32,000 nucleotides of DNA from Izhakiella capsodis (lineage in GTDB: Bacteria > Pseudomonadota > Gammaproteobacteria > Enterobacterales > Enterobacteriaceae). The stretch is from assembly GCF_900115045.1 (NCBI RefSeq), contig NZ_FOVC01000003.1, positions 2,946 through 34,945 of the forward strand. The letters are read 5' to 3'. Of this stretch, positions 19,696 to 28,877 are shown one piece after another. How positions within the stretch are numbered: the stretch's first letter is position 1; every line of letters starts with the position of its first letter. The position numbers and the translations under genes are program-made. The notes below the pieces were generated by a model that saw nothing but the letters and a program-made list of their open reading frames with translations, was not told the origin of the DNA and searched no databases.

Positions 19696-21045
19696 TTACA
19701 ACCGTGAGAAATCATTAAATAGTGCAAGCCCCATTAACAGCACCAGCAATACTGAGCCGATGCGGTAGCTGAAGTCCTGAACCCGCTCTGACACTGGCCC
19801 ACCCTTGATTTTTTCAATCATCAGGAACAGCAAGTGCCCACCATCCAGTACAGGTAATGGGAACAGATTGATAATTCCGAGGTTTACGCTAATCAACGCT
19901 AAAAACATCAGATAATAAATCAAGCCGTATTCTGCTGACATCCCGGCGCCTTGCGCGATCGAAATAGGGCCACTCAGGTTGTTCAGCTTTACATCACCCG
20001 TAATCAGTTTCCCCAGCATACCGACGGTTAATTTCATCAGTTGCCAGGTTTTCGCGCCTGCCTCACCAATTGCGGCGAAAGGGCCATACTGACGCACCGT
20101 TTTATACTCATCCGGCAGAGGAGCTACCCGTGGAACAACACCTGCGAATCCTTCCACCTTGCTCCCCTCTTTCACTTGCGGAACTAACGTCAGGTTACGT
20201 GTTACTCCCTGCCGCTCAACCTCTAAAGTAATCGGTTTGCCCGGATTATCTTGCACCGTTGTCACAAAGGTCTGCCACTGCACTAAAGGCTGCCCACCGA
20301 CTTTAACGATCCTGTCGCCAGCTTGCAAACCTGCTTTGCTGGCAGCCGATCCGTTCTGCACCTGCGCCAGCACGTTTTCAATCTGCGGCCCTTTAGGCAC
20401 AATTCCCAGCGACAGTACCGGGTCTTGCTTATCGGGTTCAAACTGCCAGTGGCGCAGATCCAGTGTCTTATCAACAGCGGCATCGCTACCATAAGGTGCT
20501 ACACTGACCGTTGCCTGGCGGTTCCCGATATCAGCGATCAGAGCCATACGCACAGCATCCCAGTCTGGCGTTTCGATACCGTCAACAGACTTAAGTTCCA
20601 TCCCTGGCAAAATTTGCGCCTCTGCCGCTACAGAACCGGTTATTATTTCACCAACAACCGGCTTTACTCCCGGAACACCGATGATAAAAACCAGCCAGTA
20701 GGCAAAAACGGCAAAAATAAAATTCGCCAGCGGTCCGGCGGCAACGATCGACGCCCGCTGCAGCACAGTTTTATGATTAAACGCCAGGTGGCGCAGCTCC
20801 GGCGGAACGCTCTCTACCCGTTCATCAACCATTTTGACGTAACCACCGAGCGGTATTAACGCGATTACATATTCTGTTCCCTGTTTATCGTGACGTCGCC
20901 ACAGTGCCTTGCCAAAGCCGACAGAAAAACGCTCCACGCGCACGCCGCAACGTCTGGCTACCCAGAAGTGACCAAACTCATGAACAGTAATCAGGATACC
21001 GAGAGCGACAATAAAAGCGGCAAGACTCCAGAGAATGCTCAGCAT
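19696..21045 (-). CDS. rseP: Sigma-E protease regulator RseP (site-2 zinc metalloprotease)
   Basis: 449 aa. It has the HEFGH zinc motif, tandem PDZ region and [15 protein letters not shown] motif. The C-terminus [13 protein letters not shown] is identical to E. coli RseP. Confidence 0.97.
   Translation of the reverse strand: MLSILWSLAAFIVALGILITVHEFGHFWVARRCGVRVERFSVGFGKALWRRHDKQGTEYVIALIPLGGYVKMVDERVESVPPELRHLAFNHKTVLQRASIVAAGPLANFIFAVFAYWLVFIIGVPGVKPVVGEIITGSVAAEAQILPGMELKSVDGIETPDWDAVRMALIADIGNRQATVSVAPYGSDAAVDKTLDLRHWQFEPDKQDPVLSLGIVPKGPQIENVLAQVQNGSAASKAGLQAGDRIVKVGGQPLVQWQTFVTTVQDNPGKPITLEVERQGVTRNLTLVPQVKEGSKVEGFAGVVPRVAPLPDEYKTVRQYGPFAAIGEAGAKTWQLMKLTVGMLGKLITGDVKLNNLSGPISIAQGAGMSAEYGLIYYLMFLALISVNLGIINLFPLPVLDGGHLLFLMIEKIKGGPVSERVQDFSYRIGSVLLVLLMGLALFNDFSRL
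20571..20599 (-). promoter_or_regulatory. Sigma-E (RpoE)-type promoter motif internal to rseP, oriented toward bamA
   Basis: The minus strand reads GGAACTT-N16-TCGAAA. This is the same architecture as the classical GGAACTT-N16-TCTGA/TCTAA sigma-E promoters. It is the only such composite match I found by eye in the window. Confidence 0.4.
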
Positions 21046-21052
21046 AGAAACC

Positions 21053-21928
21053 TTACAATGTCCTGAAAACCAGAAGCAGGAGGCAGGAAAATACCGGCAC
21101 CGCCGCCGTCAGACTGTCAATACGATCCAAAATGCCACCGTGACCGGGGATCAGGCTGCCGCTGTCTTTAATTCCGGCTTCACGCTTAAACATGCTTTCA
21201 GTCAGGTCACCCAGCACCGATGCCAACGCCGCTATCAGCGAACAGGCAAGCAGCGTCAGAGGGGCTACCGTCAACGGCACAACAAGTCCGAACAGCCAGG
21301 AGATAAGCGCACAGGTTAACAATCCGCCGATAAATCCTTCCCAGGTTTTACCCGGTGAAACGCGCGGAGCCAGCTTATGTTTACCGAACAGGCGGCCAAA
21401 CATATAAGCGCCGGAATCTGCCGCCCAGACCAGAAACATAACGTAGAGCAACCATCGGGCGCCGGTGTAATGATTACTTTCATAGCCAAACTGGCGCAGG
21501 GTGAGCATCCCCCAGAAAAAAGGAACAATGGTCAGGATGCCAAATATGACTCGCAAAGCGCGAGAACCACGCCACCAGCCTGCGGATACGGGATAAAAGA
21601 GCACCAATACCAACGCCAGTAGCCACCAGAAAACGGAAGCCCAAAGCGAGGCTTCAACCTGTGGAACGTGCAGAGCGCGTTGATAAGCCGGCAGCGTAAA
21701 CAGCATTAACGCCAGTAGAAACCCACATGCCAGGGCCAACCAAATACGTTGAGATCGTGAACTGAATCCGGCTAGCTGCCCCCACTCCCAAGCGGCAAGC
21801 ATACAAACGATCAGAGTGGTAATGGCAAATCCAGCCGGAGGCAGCAAGAAAAGCGCTGCAATCACAAGGGGGATCAGTATTAACGCTGCGATCAAGCGAG
21901 ACTTCAGCAAAGAGTACCCCCAGGGCAT
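21053..21928 (-). CDS. cdsA: Phosphatidate cytidylyltransferase (CDP-diglyceride synthase)
   Basis: [28 protein letters not shown] and the C-terminal [50 protein letters not shown] match E. coli CdsA. The start is ambiguous. The ATG at 21928 directly abuts the uppS stop (TGAATG), while the TTG at 21910 gives MLKSRLI..., which aligns with the E. coli N-terminus MLKYRLI. Confidence 0.93.
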   Translation of the reverse strand: MPWGYSLLKSRLIAALILIPLVIAALFLLPPAGFAITTLIVCMLAAWEWGQLAGFSSRSQRIWLALACGFLLALMLFTLPAYQRALHVPQVEASLWASVFWWLLALVLVLFYPVSAGWWRGSRALRVIFGILTIVPFFWGMLTLRQFGYESNHYTGARWLLYVMFLVWAADSGAYMFGRLFGKHKLAPRVSPGKTWEGFIGGLLTCALISWLFGLVVPLTVAPLTLLACSLIAALASVLGDLTESMFKREAGIKDSGSLIPGHGGILDRIDSLTAAVPVFSCLLLLVFRTL

Positions 21929-22681
21929 TCAGGCTCCATCAGGCACTGCGCCACCGAAACGACGCTCGCGTTGTGCAAAAGCATTCAGTGCACCTTCAAA
22001 AACTTGTTCATCAAAATCGGGCCAGAGAACATTGGTGAAGTAAAATTCAGCATAGGCGACTTGCCACAGCAAAAAGTTACTTATCCGTTGCTCTCCCCCG
22101 GTCCTAATCACCAGATCAACAGGCGGTAAATCATGCATACACAGGTGCTGCTCCAGCGTCTGTTCAGTAATCTGATCGGGACGCACCTGCCCTTCCTGCA
22201 CCTGTTCGGCAATATGTCTGATGCTGTTTATAATATCCCAACGGCCACCATAGTTGGCAGCGATGTTGAGGGTAAGTCCATTATTTTGCTGAGTCAGTTC
22301 CTCGGCACGGCGTATTCGCGCCTGCAAACGAACATTAAACCGGCTGATGTCACCAATAATTCGCAGACGAACATTATACTTATGTAAGTTTTTTACTTCA
22401 CTGTCCAGCGCCCGAACGAAAAGCTCCATCAGCGCCAGCACTTCCTGCTGCGGCCGATTCCAGTTTTCGCTACTGAACGCATAGAGCGTTAACGCATCCA
22501 TGTTGTTGCTGACCGCGAAACTAACGGAACGACGAACAGATTTAACACCTGCTTTATGCCCTGAAATTCGTAACTTTCCTTGATTTTTGGCCCAGCGGCC
22601 ATTGCCATCCATAATGATGGCCACATGGCGGGGAGTCATCCTTGTCGGGTCATCGGTCTTTAATACATTTTCGGACGACAT
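21929..22681 (-). CDS. uppS: Ditrans,polycis-undecaprenyl-diphosphate synthase
   Basis: 250 aa. HVAIIMDGNGRWAK.QGK.R..GHKAG.KSVRR.VSFA, LTLYAFSSENWNRP and RISNFLLWQ.AYAE.YFT.VLWPDFDEQ match E. coli UppS/IspU. Confidence 0.96.
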   Translation of the reverse strand: MSSENVLKTDDPTRMTPRHVAIIMDGNGRWAKNQGKLRISGHKAGVKSVRRSVSFAVSNNMDALTLYAFSSENWNRPQQEVLALMELFVRALDSEVKNLHKYNVRLRIIGDISRFNVRLQARIRRAEELTQQNNGLTLNIAANYGGRWDIINSIRHIAEQVQEGQVRPDQITEQTLEQHLCMHDLPPVDLVIRTGGEQRISNFLLWQVAYAEFYFTNVLWPDFDEQVFEGALNAFAQRERRFGGAVPDGA

Positions 22682-22807
22682 AACGCGTTAACATTCCTTA
22701 AATCAGAAAAAGTGGTTTCTGAAATATCTCGGCTGCTTACACACCTGACGACAACAGCGGCATGTTTGTCACGGAAACTCAAGGTCATCCTGAAACGAAG
22801 GCAGGAG

Positions 22808-22836
22808 ACTATACCATCTCAAACAGCCTCGAACAA
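22808..22836 (-). promoter_or_regulatory. Candidate sigma-70 promoter for uppS-cdsA in the dxr-uppS spacer
   Basis: The minus strand reads TTGTTC (22836-22831), a 17-nt spacer ending in TGg, then TATAGT (22813-22808). Sequence match only. Confidence 0.3.
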
Positions 22837-22863
22837 ATGCAGCTGGCAAAGCATGCCAGGCAC

Positions 22864-24060
22864 TCAATGCCGGAAGCGGGCCAGGGCAGAAAGCGCCATA
22901 TTCCGAGCCTGATGATCAATCTCCAGCACCTCATTTACACTTTCGGGTTCTGCGATCTGCAAGCTTTCCAAAACAGACACATTCAACGCGGCAATATCCG
23001 TAAAACGGATCTGCCCATCAAGAAAAGCAGCAACTGCGATCTCGTTAGCCGCGTTCAGTGCCGTCGTGGCCGCCTGTCCTTCATTACAGGCATCCATTGC
23101 AAGCTGTAAGCACGGATAACGGACATAGTCAGGCTCTGTGAATGTCAGGGCACTCATCCGGGCAAAATCCAACGGCGCTGCGCCGGAGAGGACACGTTCG
23201 GGCCAGGCCATCGCGTGTGCGATTGGCGTTCGCATATCCGGCGTTCCCAGTTGCGCCAAAACACTGCCGTCGCAGTAACGAACCATAGAGTGAATCACGG
23301 ATTGTGGATGAATTATCACTTCCATCTGCGCATCAGAGGCATTAAATAACCAGCGGGCTTCGATATATTCCAAACCTTTATTCATCATGGTGGCCGAATC
23401 CACAGAGATTTTTCGCCCCATTGACCAGTTCGGATGCGCGCAGGCCTGTTCGGGAGTGACATGTTTTAACATGTCCATCGGCGTATCACGAAAAGGGCCA
23501 CCAGATCCCGTAAGGATAATGCTATCAATACCATTATCCGTCAGAGACGCGTACCCTAACTGACGCTGCAGGGAAGCGGGCAAACTCTGAAAAATAGCGT
23601 TGTGCTCGCTATCCAGCGGCAGGAGCTGTGCGCCCGATGCATTCACCGCCTCAAGGAATAAGCGGCCGCAAGTGACCAACGATTCTTTGTTTGCCAGCAG
23701 TACTTGCTTACCGGCACGGATCGCTGCCAGCGTGGGGAGCAATCCGGCGGCACCAACAATCGCCGCAATCACCATATCCACATCGCCGAGCGCCGCCAGC
23801 TCGCAGGCCGATGCTTCTCCGCTTAGCACCTGGGTCGCAATATTCAGCTGACGCAATTGCTGACGTACCTCCGAGGCGGCGCTTTCTGTCGCCATACAGA
23901 CCACAGTGGGGTTAAACATCTGACACTGCCCGACCATCACTGCAGCATTATTACCCGCCACCAACGCTTTTACCTGAAAGCGCTCTGGATTTGCTTTAAC
24001 TACCGCCAGCGTGCTGATCCCTACCGATCCGGTCGAACCTAAGATTGTCAGTTGCTTCAT
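22864..24060 (-). CDS. dxr: 1-deoxy-D-xylulose-5-phosphate reductoisomerase
   Basis: 398 aa, the same length as E. coli Dxr. [44 protein letters not shown] and [22 protein letters not shown] match. Confidence 0.97.
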   Translation of the reverse strand: MKQLTILGSTGSVGISTLAVVKANPERFQVKALVAGNNAAVMVGQCQMFNPTVVCMATESAASEVRQQLRQLNIATQVLSGEASACELAALGDVDMVIAAIVGAAGLLPTLAAIRAGKQVLLANKESLVTCGRLFLEAVNASGAQLLPLDSEHNAIFQSLPASLQRQLGYASLTDNGIDSIILTGSGGPFRDTPMDMLKHVTPEQACAHPNWSMGRKISVDSATMMNKGLEYIEARWLFNASDAQMEVIIHPQSVIHSMVRYCDGSVLAQLGTPDMRTPIAHAMAWPERVLSGAAPLDFARMSALTFTEPDYVRYPCLQLAMDACNEGQAATTALNAANEIAVAAFLDGQIRFTDIAALNVSVLESLQIAEPESVNEVLEIDHQARNMALSALARFRH

Positions 24061-24107
24061 ATCCTACCCGCTGCTTTCCTCCCGCCGATCAACCCGGTGG
24101 GGAGAGC

Positions 24108-24171
24108 TTAAAACCGAACGTAAAACGCCGCACGACAGCCACCCGTATCAGGGGACTCTCGGTACGGCGTT
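24108..24171 (-). terminator. Probable terminator of frr
   Basis: The minus-strand RNA has a 10-bp basal helix AACGCCGUAC / GUGCGGCGUU (+ coordinates 24162-24171 / 24124-24133, one G-U pair). It closes an internally paired 28-nt apical region and is followed by UUACGUUCGGUUUUAA. The G-U pair becomes a C-A mismatch on the + strand, so the structure is strand-specific. Confidence 0.45.
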
Positions 24172-24189
24172 GACAGGAACTGGACAGAC

Positions 24190-24747
24190 TTAGAAGTCCA
24201 TCAGCTCCGTTTCTTTCTCGCTAAGCGCTGCGTCAATTTTCTTGATGCTGGCGTCAGTCAGTTTCTGGACATCGTCCTGAGCGCGGCGCTCTTCATCTTC
24301 GCCGATCTCTTTATCTTTCAGCAGTACTTTTAGCTTATCGTTGGCGTCACGACGCACATTGCGTACAGAGACCCGCCCTTGCTCAGCTTCACCACGAACG
24401 ATTTTAATCAGATCTTTACGACGCTCTTCGGTCAGCGGCGGCAGCGGAACGCGAATATCACTTCCTGCTGAGTTTGGGTTCAGTCCGAGATCAGACGACA
24501 TTATCGCCTTTTCAACTGCGGCGCTGACGCTACGATCAAATACATTCACTTTCAGCGTGCGTGAGTCTTCAACGGTAATACTGGCCAGCTGTTTCAACGG
24601 CGTTGGCGCACCATAATACTCAACCGTAATACCATCAAGGATAGAAGGCGATGCTCGACCTGTTCTAATCTTACTGATGTTGTTTTTGAATGCCTCAACG
24701 CATTTGTCCATGCGCGTGTCAGCATCTTTTTTGATGACGTTAATCAC
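24190..24747 (-). CDS. frr: Ribosome-recycling factor
   Basis: 185 aa, the same length as E. coli Frr and highly similar ([42 protein letters not shown]...). GTG start preceded by TAAGGG. Confidence 0.97.
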   Translation of the reverse strand: MINVIKKDADTRMDKCVEAFKNNISKIRTGRASPSILDGITVEYYGAPTPLKQLASITVEDSRTLKVNVFDRSVSAAVEKAIMSSDLGLNPNSAGSDIRVPLPPLTEERRKDLIKIVRGEAEQGRVSVRNVRRDANDKLKVLLKDKEIGEDEERRAQDDVQKLTDASIKKIDAALSEKETELMDF

Positions 24748-24888
24748 GTTGGAACCCTTAAATTCTGGTTACCAGGCAGGCTCTGAACAGCCAGAACCCG
24801 TTCAAGTCTAAATCGGCAGTGTTTTGTACCCGCGTCCGGTTTTACCATCCGCAGGCTGAATATACCCTATTTTACGCCCGGACTGATA

Positions 24889-25614
24889 TTAATGCGTAAT
24901 CAGGGTGCCTTCTTTTTCGCCCATCACCACGCGACGTAAAGCACCCGGCTTATTCATATTAAACACGCGGATGGGCAGCTTATGGTCACGAGCGAGAGTG
25001 AAGGCAGCCAGGTCCATCACTTTCAGCTCGCGCTCCAGTACTTCGTTATAGCTTAACTTCTCATACAGCGTCGCATCCGGATTTTTAACCGGATCGGCAG
25101 AATAGACACCATCCACTTTCGTTGCCTTCAGCACCACATCCGCCTCAATTTCAATGCCACGCAGGCAGGCGGCAGAGTCGGTGGTGAAGAAAGGATTTCC
25201 GGTGCCAGCGCAAAAAATAACCACACGATTATTACGCAGCAGGCTAATCGCCTCTGCCCAGCTATAGCTATCACATACACCGTTAAGCGGGATGGCTGAC
25301 ATCAAACGTGCGTTGACATAAGCACGATGCAGTGCATCACGCATCGCCAGGCCATTCATAACCGTAGCCAGCATCCCCATATGGTCGCCAACGACGCGAT
25401 TCATTCCCGCTTCTGCAAGGCCCGCGCCACGAAACAAATTACCACCGCCGATGACTACCCCGACCTGGATTCCCAGCTCAACCAGTTCTTTTACTTCCTG
25501 TGCCATGCGGTCAAGTACACTGGCATCGATACCAAAACCTTCCGACCCCTGCAGCGCTTCGCCGCTCAGTTTTAGCAGAATACGTTGATAAACGGGCTTT
25601 GCATTGGTAGCCAT
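24889..25614 (-). CDS. pyrH: UMP kinase
   Basis: [82 protein letters not shown] is near-identical to E. coli PyrH (241 aa). The true start is the ATG at 25614 with AGGAAA 9 nt upstream. The ORF-track start at 25620 is a TTG. Confidence 0.97.
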   Translation of the reverse strand: MATNAKPVYQRILLKLSGEALQGSEGFGIDASVLDRMAQEVKELVELGIQVGVVIGGGNLFRGAGLAEAGMNRVVGDHMGMLATVMNGLAMRDALHRAYVNARLMSAIPLNGVCDSYSWAEAISLLRNNRVVIFCAGTGNPFFTTDSAACLRGIEIEADVVLKATKVDGVYSADPVKNPDATLYEKLSYNEVLERELKVMDLAAFTLARDHKLPIRVFNMNKPGALRRVVMGEKEGTLITH

Positions 25615-25725
25615 GGTCAATTTTCCTGGAAGATACCGTTGAATTGAAAAAAGTTAGATCTTATCTATCATCCCGTTAGCCAATTCAGATTACCAGTGGG
25701 ATGAGACTGAATATTCATGGCATAA

Positions 25726-25755
25726 ATTATAAGCGCCCCGATTTTTGGGCAAAAA
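25726..25755 (-). promoter_or_regulatory. Candidate pyrH promoter
   Basis: There is a perfect TATAAT on the minus strand (25731-25726), immediately downstream of the tsf terminator and about 110 nt upstream of the pyrH ATG. The -35 is weak (TTTGCC/TTGCCC). Confidence 0.3.
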
Positions 25756-25776
25756 AGAACCGCCAGTCGGCGGTCC
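25751..25776 (-). terminator. Rho-independent terminator of tsf
   Basis: The minus strand reads GGACCGCC-GACU-GGCGGUUC (8 bp, one G-U pair) followed by UUUUUUGCCC, 16 nt after the tsf stop. Confidence 0.8.
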
Positions 25777-25791
25777 TTTTATTTCAGTCGA

Positions 25792-26643
25792 TCAAGACTG
25801 CCTGGACATTGCTGCGACTTCAGCAGCAAAATCACTCTCTGCTTTTTCGATGCCTTCCCCCACTTCGAAGCGGATAAAGTTGACGACTTCTGCGCCCTTC
25901 TCTTTCAGCACCTGACCCACAGTTTTGCTTGGATCGATAACAAAATTTTGTCCGGTGAGAGAAACTTCGCCGGTAAATTTCTTCATGCGGCCTTCAACCA
26001 TTTTCTCTGCGATTTCGCGCGGTTTACCAGATTGCATGGCGATTTCCAGCTGGATCTGATGCTCACGCTCAACCACTTCAGCTGAAACATCTTCTGGCTT
26101 AACATATTCCGGCTTGCTGGCGGCAATATGCATCGCGATCTGCTTAATCAGCTCCTCATCACCACCTTTAGCGGAAACCAGAACGCCGATACGGACACCG
26201 TGCAGATAGCTACCGAGCAGATCGCCCTTTAGAACCGATACGCGGCGAATATTGATGTTCTCACCAATTTTCGCGACCAGCGCCACGCGCTTCTCTTCGA
26301 ATTTCGCTTTCAGCGCTTCAACATCTGTGATGTGTTCAGCAACAGCAGCGGCCAGCACTTCGTCAGCAAATGCCTGAAAACCAGCATCTTTCGCGACAAA
26401 GTCGGTCTGGCAGTTAACTTCCAGAATAACACCGTAGTTACCATCGATCTTTGTTTTAATAACGCCATCTGCAGCCACATTGCCGGATTTTTTAGCGGCT
26501 TTAGCCTGGCCAGACTTACGCATGTTATCAATGGCCAGCTCAATGTCGCCATTGGCTTCGCCAAGCGCTTTTTTACAATCCATCATGCCAGCGCCAGTGC
26601 GCTCGCGCAGTTCTTTTACCAGAGCAGCGGTAATTTCAGCCAT
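25792..26643 (-). CDS. tsf: Translation elongation factor Ts
   Basis: 283 aa, the same length as E. coli EF-Ts. [42 protein letters not shown] matches. Confidence 0.98.
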   Translation of the reverse strand: MAEITAALVKELRERTGAGMMDCKKALGEANGDIELAIDNMRKSGQAKAAKKSGNVAADGVIKTKIDGNYGVILEVNCQTDFVAKDAGFQAFADEVLAAAVAEHITDVEALKAKFEEKRVALVAKIGENINIRRVSVLKGDLLGSYLHGVRIGVLVSAKGGDEELIKQIAMHIAASKPEYVKPEDVSAEVVEREHQIQLEIAMQSGKPREIAEKMVEGRMKKFTGEVSLTGQNFVIDPSKTVGQVLKEKGAEVVNFIRFEVGEGIEKAESDFAAEVAAMSRQS

Positions 26644-26760
26644 TCTTTAATCCTCGGTTAGCGTAATTTCTGCCATACAGTCAAATAGACGTGCTGGCAG
26701 GAACCTGATATCGGGAAATTTTCTACCCTGCCGGGCGCTTATGTCCAGGCAAAACAGAGA

Positions 26761-26789
26761 TAAAAATAAAGGGGCCAGTGCAGGCCCCT
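26761..26789 (-). terminator. Intercistronic stem-loop/attenuator between rpsB and tsf
   Basis: The minus strand reads AGGGGCC-UGCACU-GGCCCCU (7 bp, GC-rich) followed by UUAUUUUUA. Partial termination between rpsB and tsf is the classical explanation for the S2:EF-Ts expression ratio in E. coli. Confidence 0.65.
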
Positions 26790-26829
26790 TCTCGATCGTT
26801 TAAGGGCTCTGAGCCAGAGCAAGCCTTAA

Positions 26830-27767
<938 letters not shown>

Positions 27768-27820
27768 CATTTCCTGGATGATGAGGTGTAAAAGACTGCA
27801 CGCCAGGAGTCAATCGGCAA

Positions 27821-27849
27821 TTGGCAGCGCCGAAGCTGCCTGTTAACAT
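27821..27849 (+). promoter_or_regulatory. Candidate sigma-70 promoter for map
   Basis: TTGGCA (27821-27826), a 17-nt spacer, then TAACAT (27844-27849), about 50 nt upstream of the map ATG and divergent from rpsB. Sequence match only. Confidence 0.35.
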
Positions 27850-27900
27850 TAGTCATTATTATCATTGTCAAGAATGACGACATCTGCGGACAAAAAATTA

Positions 27901-28695
27901 ATGGCGATTACGATCAAAACCCCAGAAGATATCGAAAAAATGCGCGTCGCTGGCCGTCTGGCCGCCGAAGTGCTCGAAATGATTGAACCTTTTGTTCAAC
28001 CCGGCGTGTCCACTGGCGAACTTGATCGTCTCTGTCATCAGCATATTACGGAAAAACAGCAGGCTATTTCAGCCTGTCTTGGCTATCACGGCTTTCCAAA
28101 ATCAGTCTGTATCTCCGTCAATGACGTGGTTTGCCACGGCATTCCCAGCGACGAGAAAATGCTGAAAGAGGGGGATATCGTCAATATTGATGTCACCGTC
28201 ATAAAAGATGAATTCCACGGCGATACCTCCAAAATGTTTATAGTCGGTAAACCGACGATCCTGGGTGAACGCCTCTGCCGTGTTACCCAGGAGAGCCTTT
28301 ATCTGGCGCTACGGTTGGTACGTCCGGGCATTCGTCTGCACGAGCTGGGGCGGGCGATTCAAAAATTCGTTGAAGCACAGGATTTTTCTGTGGTGCGTGA
28401 ATACTGTGGTCATGGTATCGGCAAGGGGTTTCATGAGGAGCCGCAGGTTTTACACTACGATGCTGATGACGGCGGCGTCATTCTGCAGGCTGGCATGGCA
28501 TTTACCATCGAACCGATGGTAAATGCCGGAGACTTCCGTATTCGCAACATGAAAGACGGCTGGACGGTAAAAACAAAAGATCGCAGCCTGTCGGCACAGT
28601 ACGAGCATACGATTGTCGTCACCGAAACAGGTTGTGAAATCATGACGTTGCGTAAAGACGATACCATTGAGCGCGTACTCATCGCCAGCCAATAA
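27901..28695 (+). CDS. map: Methionine aminopeptidase (type I)
   Basis: MAI.IKTPEDIEKMRVAGRLAAEVLEMIEP.V.PGVSTGELDR.C aligns from residue 1 with E. coli Map (264 aa). Metal-ligand regions (DIVNIDVTVIKD.FHGDTS, EYCGHGIG, FTIEPM, QYEHTIVVT) are present. The ORF-track start at 27865 is a TTG 12 codons upstream. Confidence 0.97.
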   Translation: MAITIKTPEDIEKMRVAGRLAAEVLEMIEPFVQPGVSTGELDRLCHQHITEKQQAISACLGYHGFPKSVCISVNDVVCHGIPSDEKMLKEGDIVNIDVTVIKDEFHGDTSKMFIVGKPTILGERLCRVTQESLYLALRLVRPGIRLHELGRAIQKFVEAQDFSVVREYCGHGIGKGFHEEPQVLHYDADDGGVILQAGMAFTIEPMVNAGDFRIRNMKDGWTVKTKDRSLSAQYEHTIVVTETGCEIMTLRKDDTIERVLIASQ

Positions 28696-28748
28696 GTACG
28701 GCGTACGGACTGTCAGGCCTGAGCGGCTTTTGTTATTCTGAAAAAAGT

Positions 28749-28800
28749 TCGGCATGAGCAACAGCGATGCCGACAAAAGTGCGACTCGGTTATCGGCATC
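28749..28800. other. Three-arm alternative-hairpin element in the map-glnD spacer
   Basis: Arm A is TCGGCAT (28749-28755), arm B is GATGCCGA (28766-28773) and arm C is TCGGCATC (28793-28800). B pairs with A (7 bp, 11-nt loop) or with C (8 bp, 19-nt loop), but not both at once. AAAAAA at 28741-28746 becomes a U-tract after the A:B hairpin only on the minus strand. Confidence 0.4.
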
Positions 28801-28877
28801 AATGATCTATTCGCCATTGTACTGACCGGTTTTTAGGCACCCAGACAGACCAGTGAATCCACCGGAGTTGCGCCGTT

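Noticed and set aside
21572-21579. A Chi site (GCTGGTGG on the minus strand) inside cdsA.
   Set aside because: I noticed only a single occurrence. Chi is frequent in enterobacterial core genes, so there is no local significance.
28815-28817. A minus-strand ATG opening a 34-codon Cys-rich frame (MANRSLMPITESHFCRHRCCSCRTFFRITKAAQA) that runs through all three hairpin arms. I considered it as a possible attenuator leader peptide.
   Set aside because: There is no recognisable SD, no run of regulatory codons, and no downstream minus-strand gene to regulate. The Cys/Arg richness simply reflects translation of the GC-rich repeat arms.
28851-28872. GTGAATCCACCGGAGTTGCG just upstream of glnD resembles the terminal GTGAATCCCCAGGAGCTTAC of ERIC/IRU repeats.
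   Set aside because: Only about 14 of 20 positions match my recollection of the consensus. No matching inverted end or ~127-bp ERIC body is present, and the GGAG is better explained as the glnD SD.
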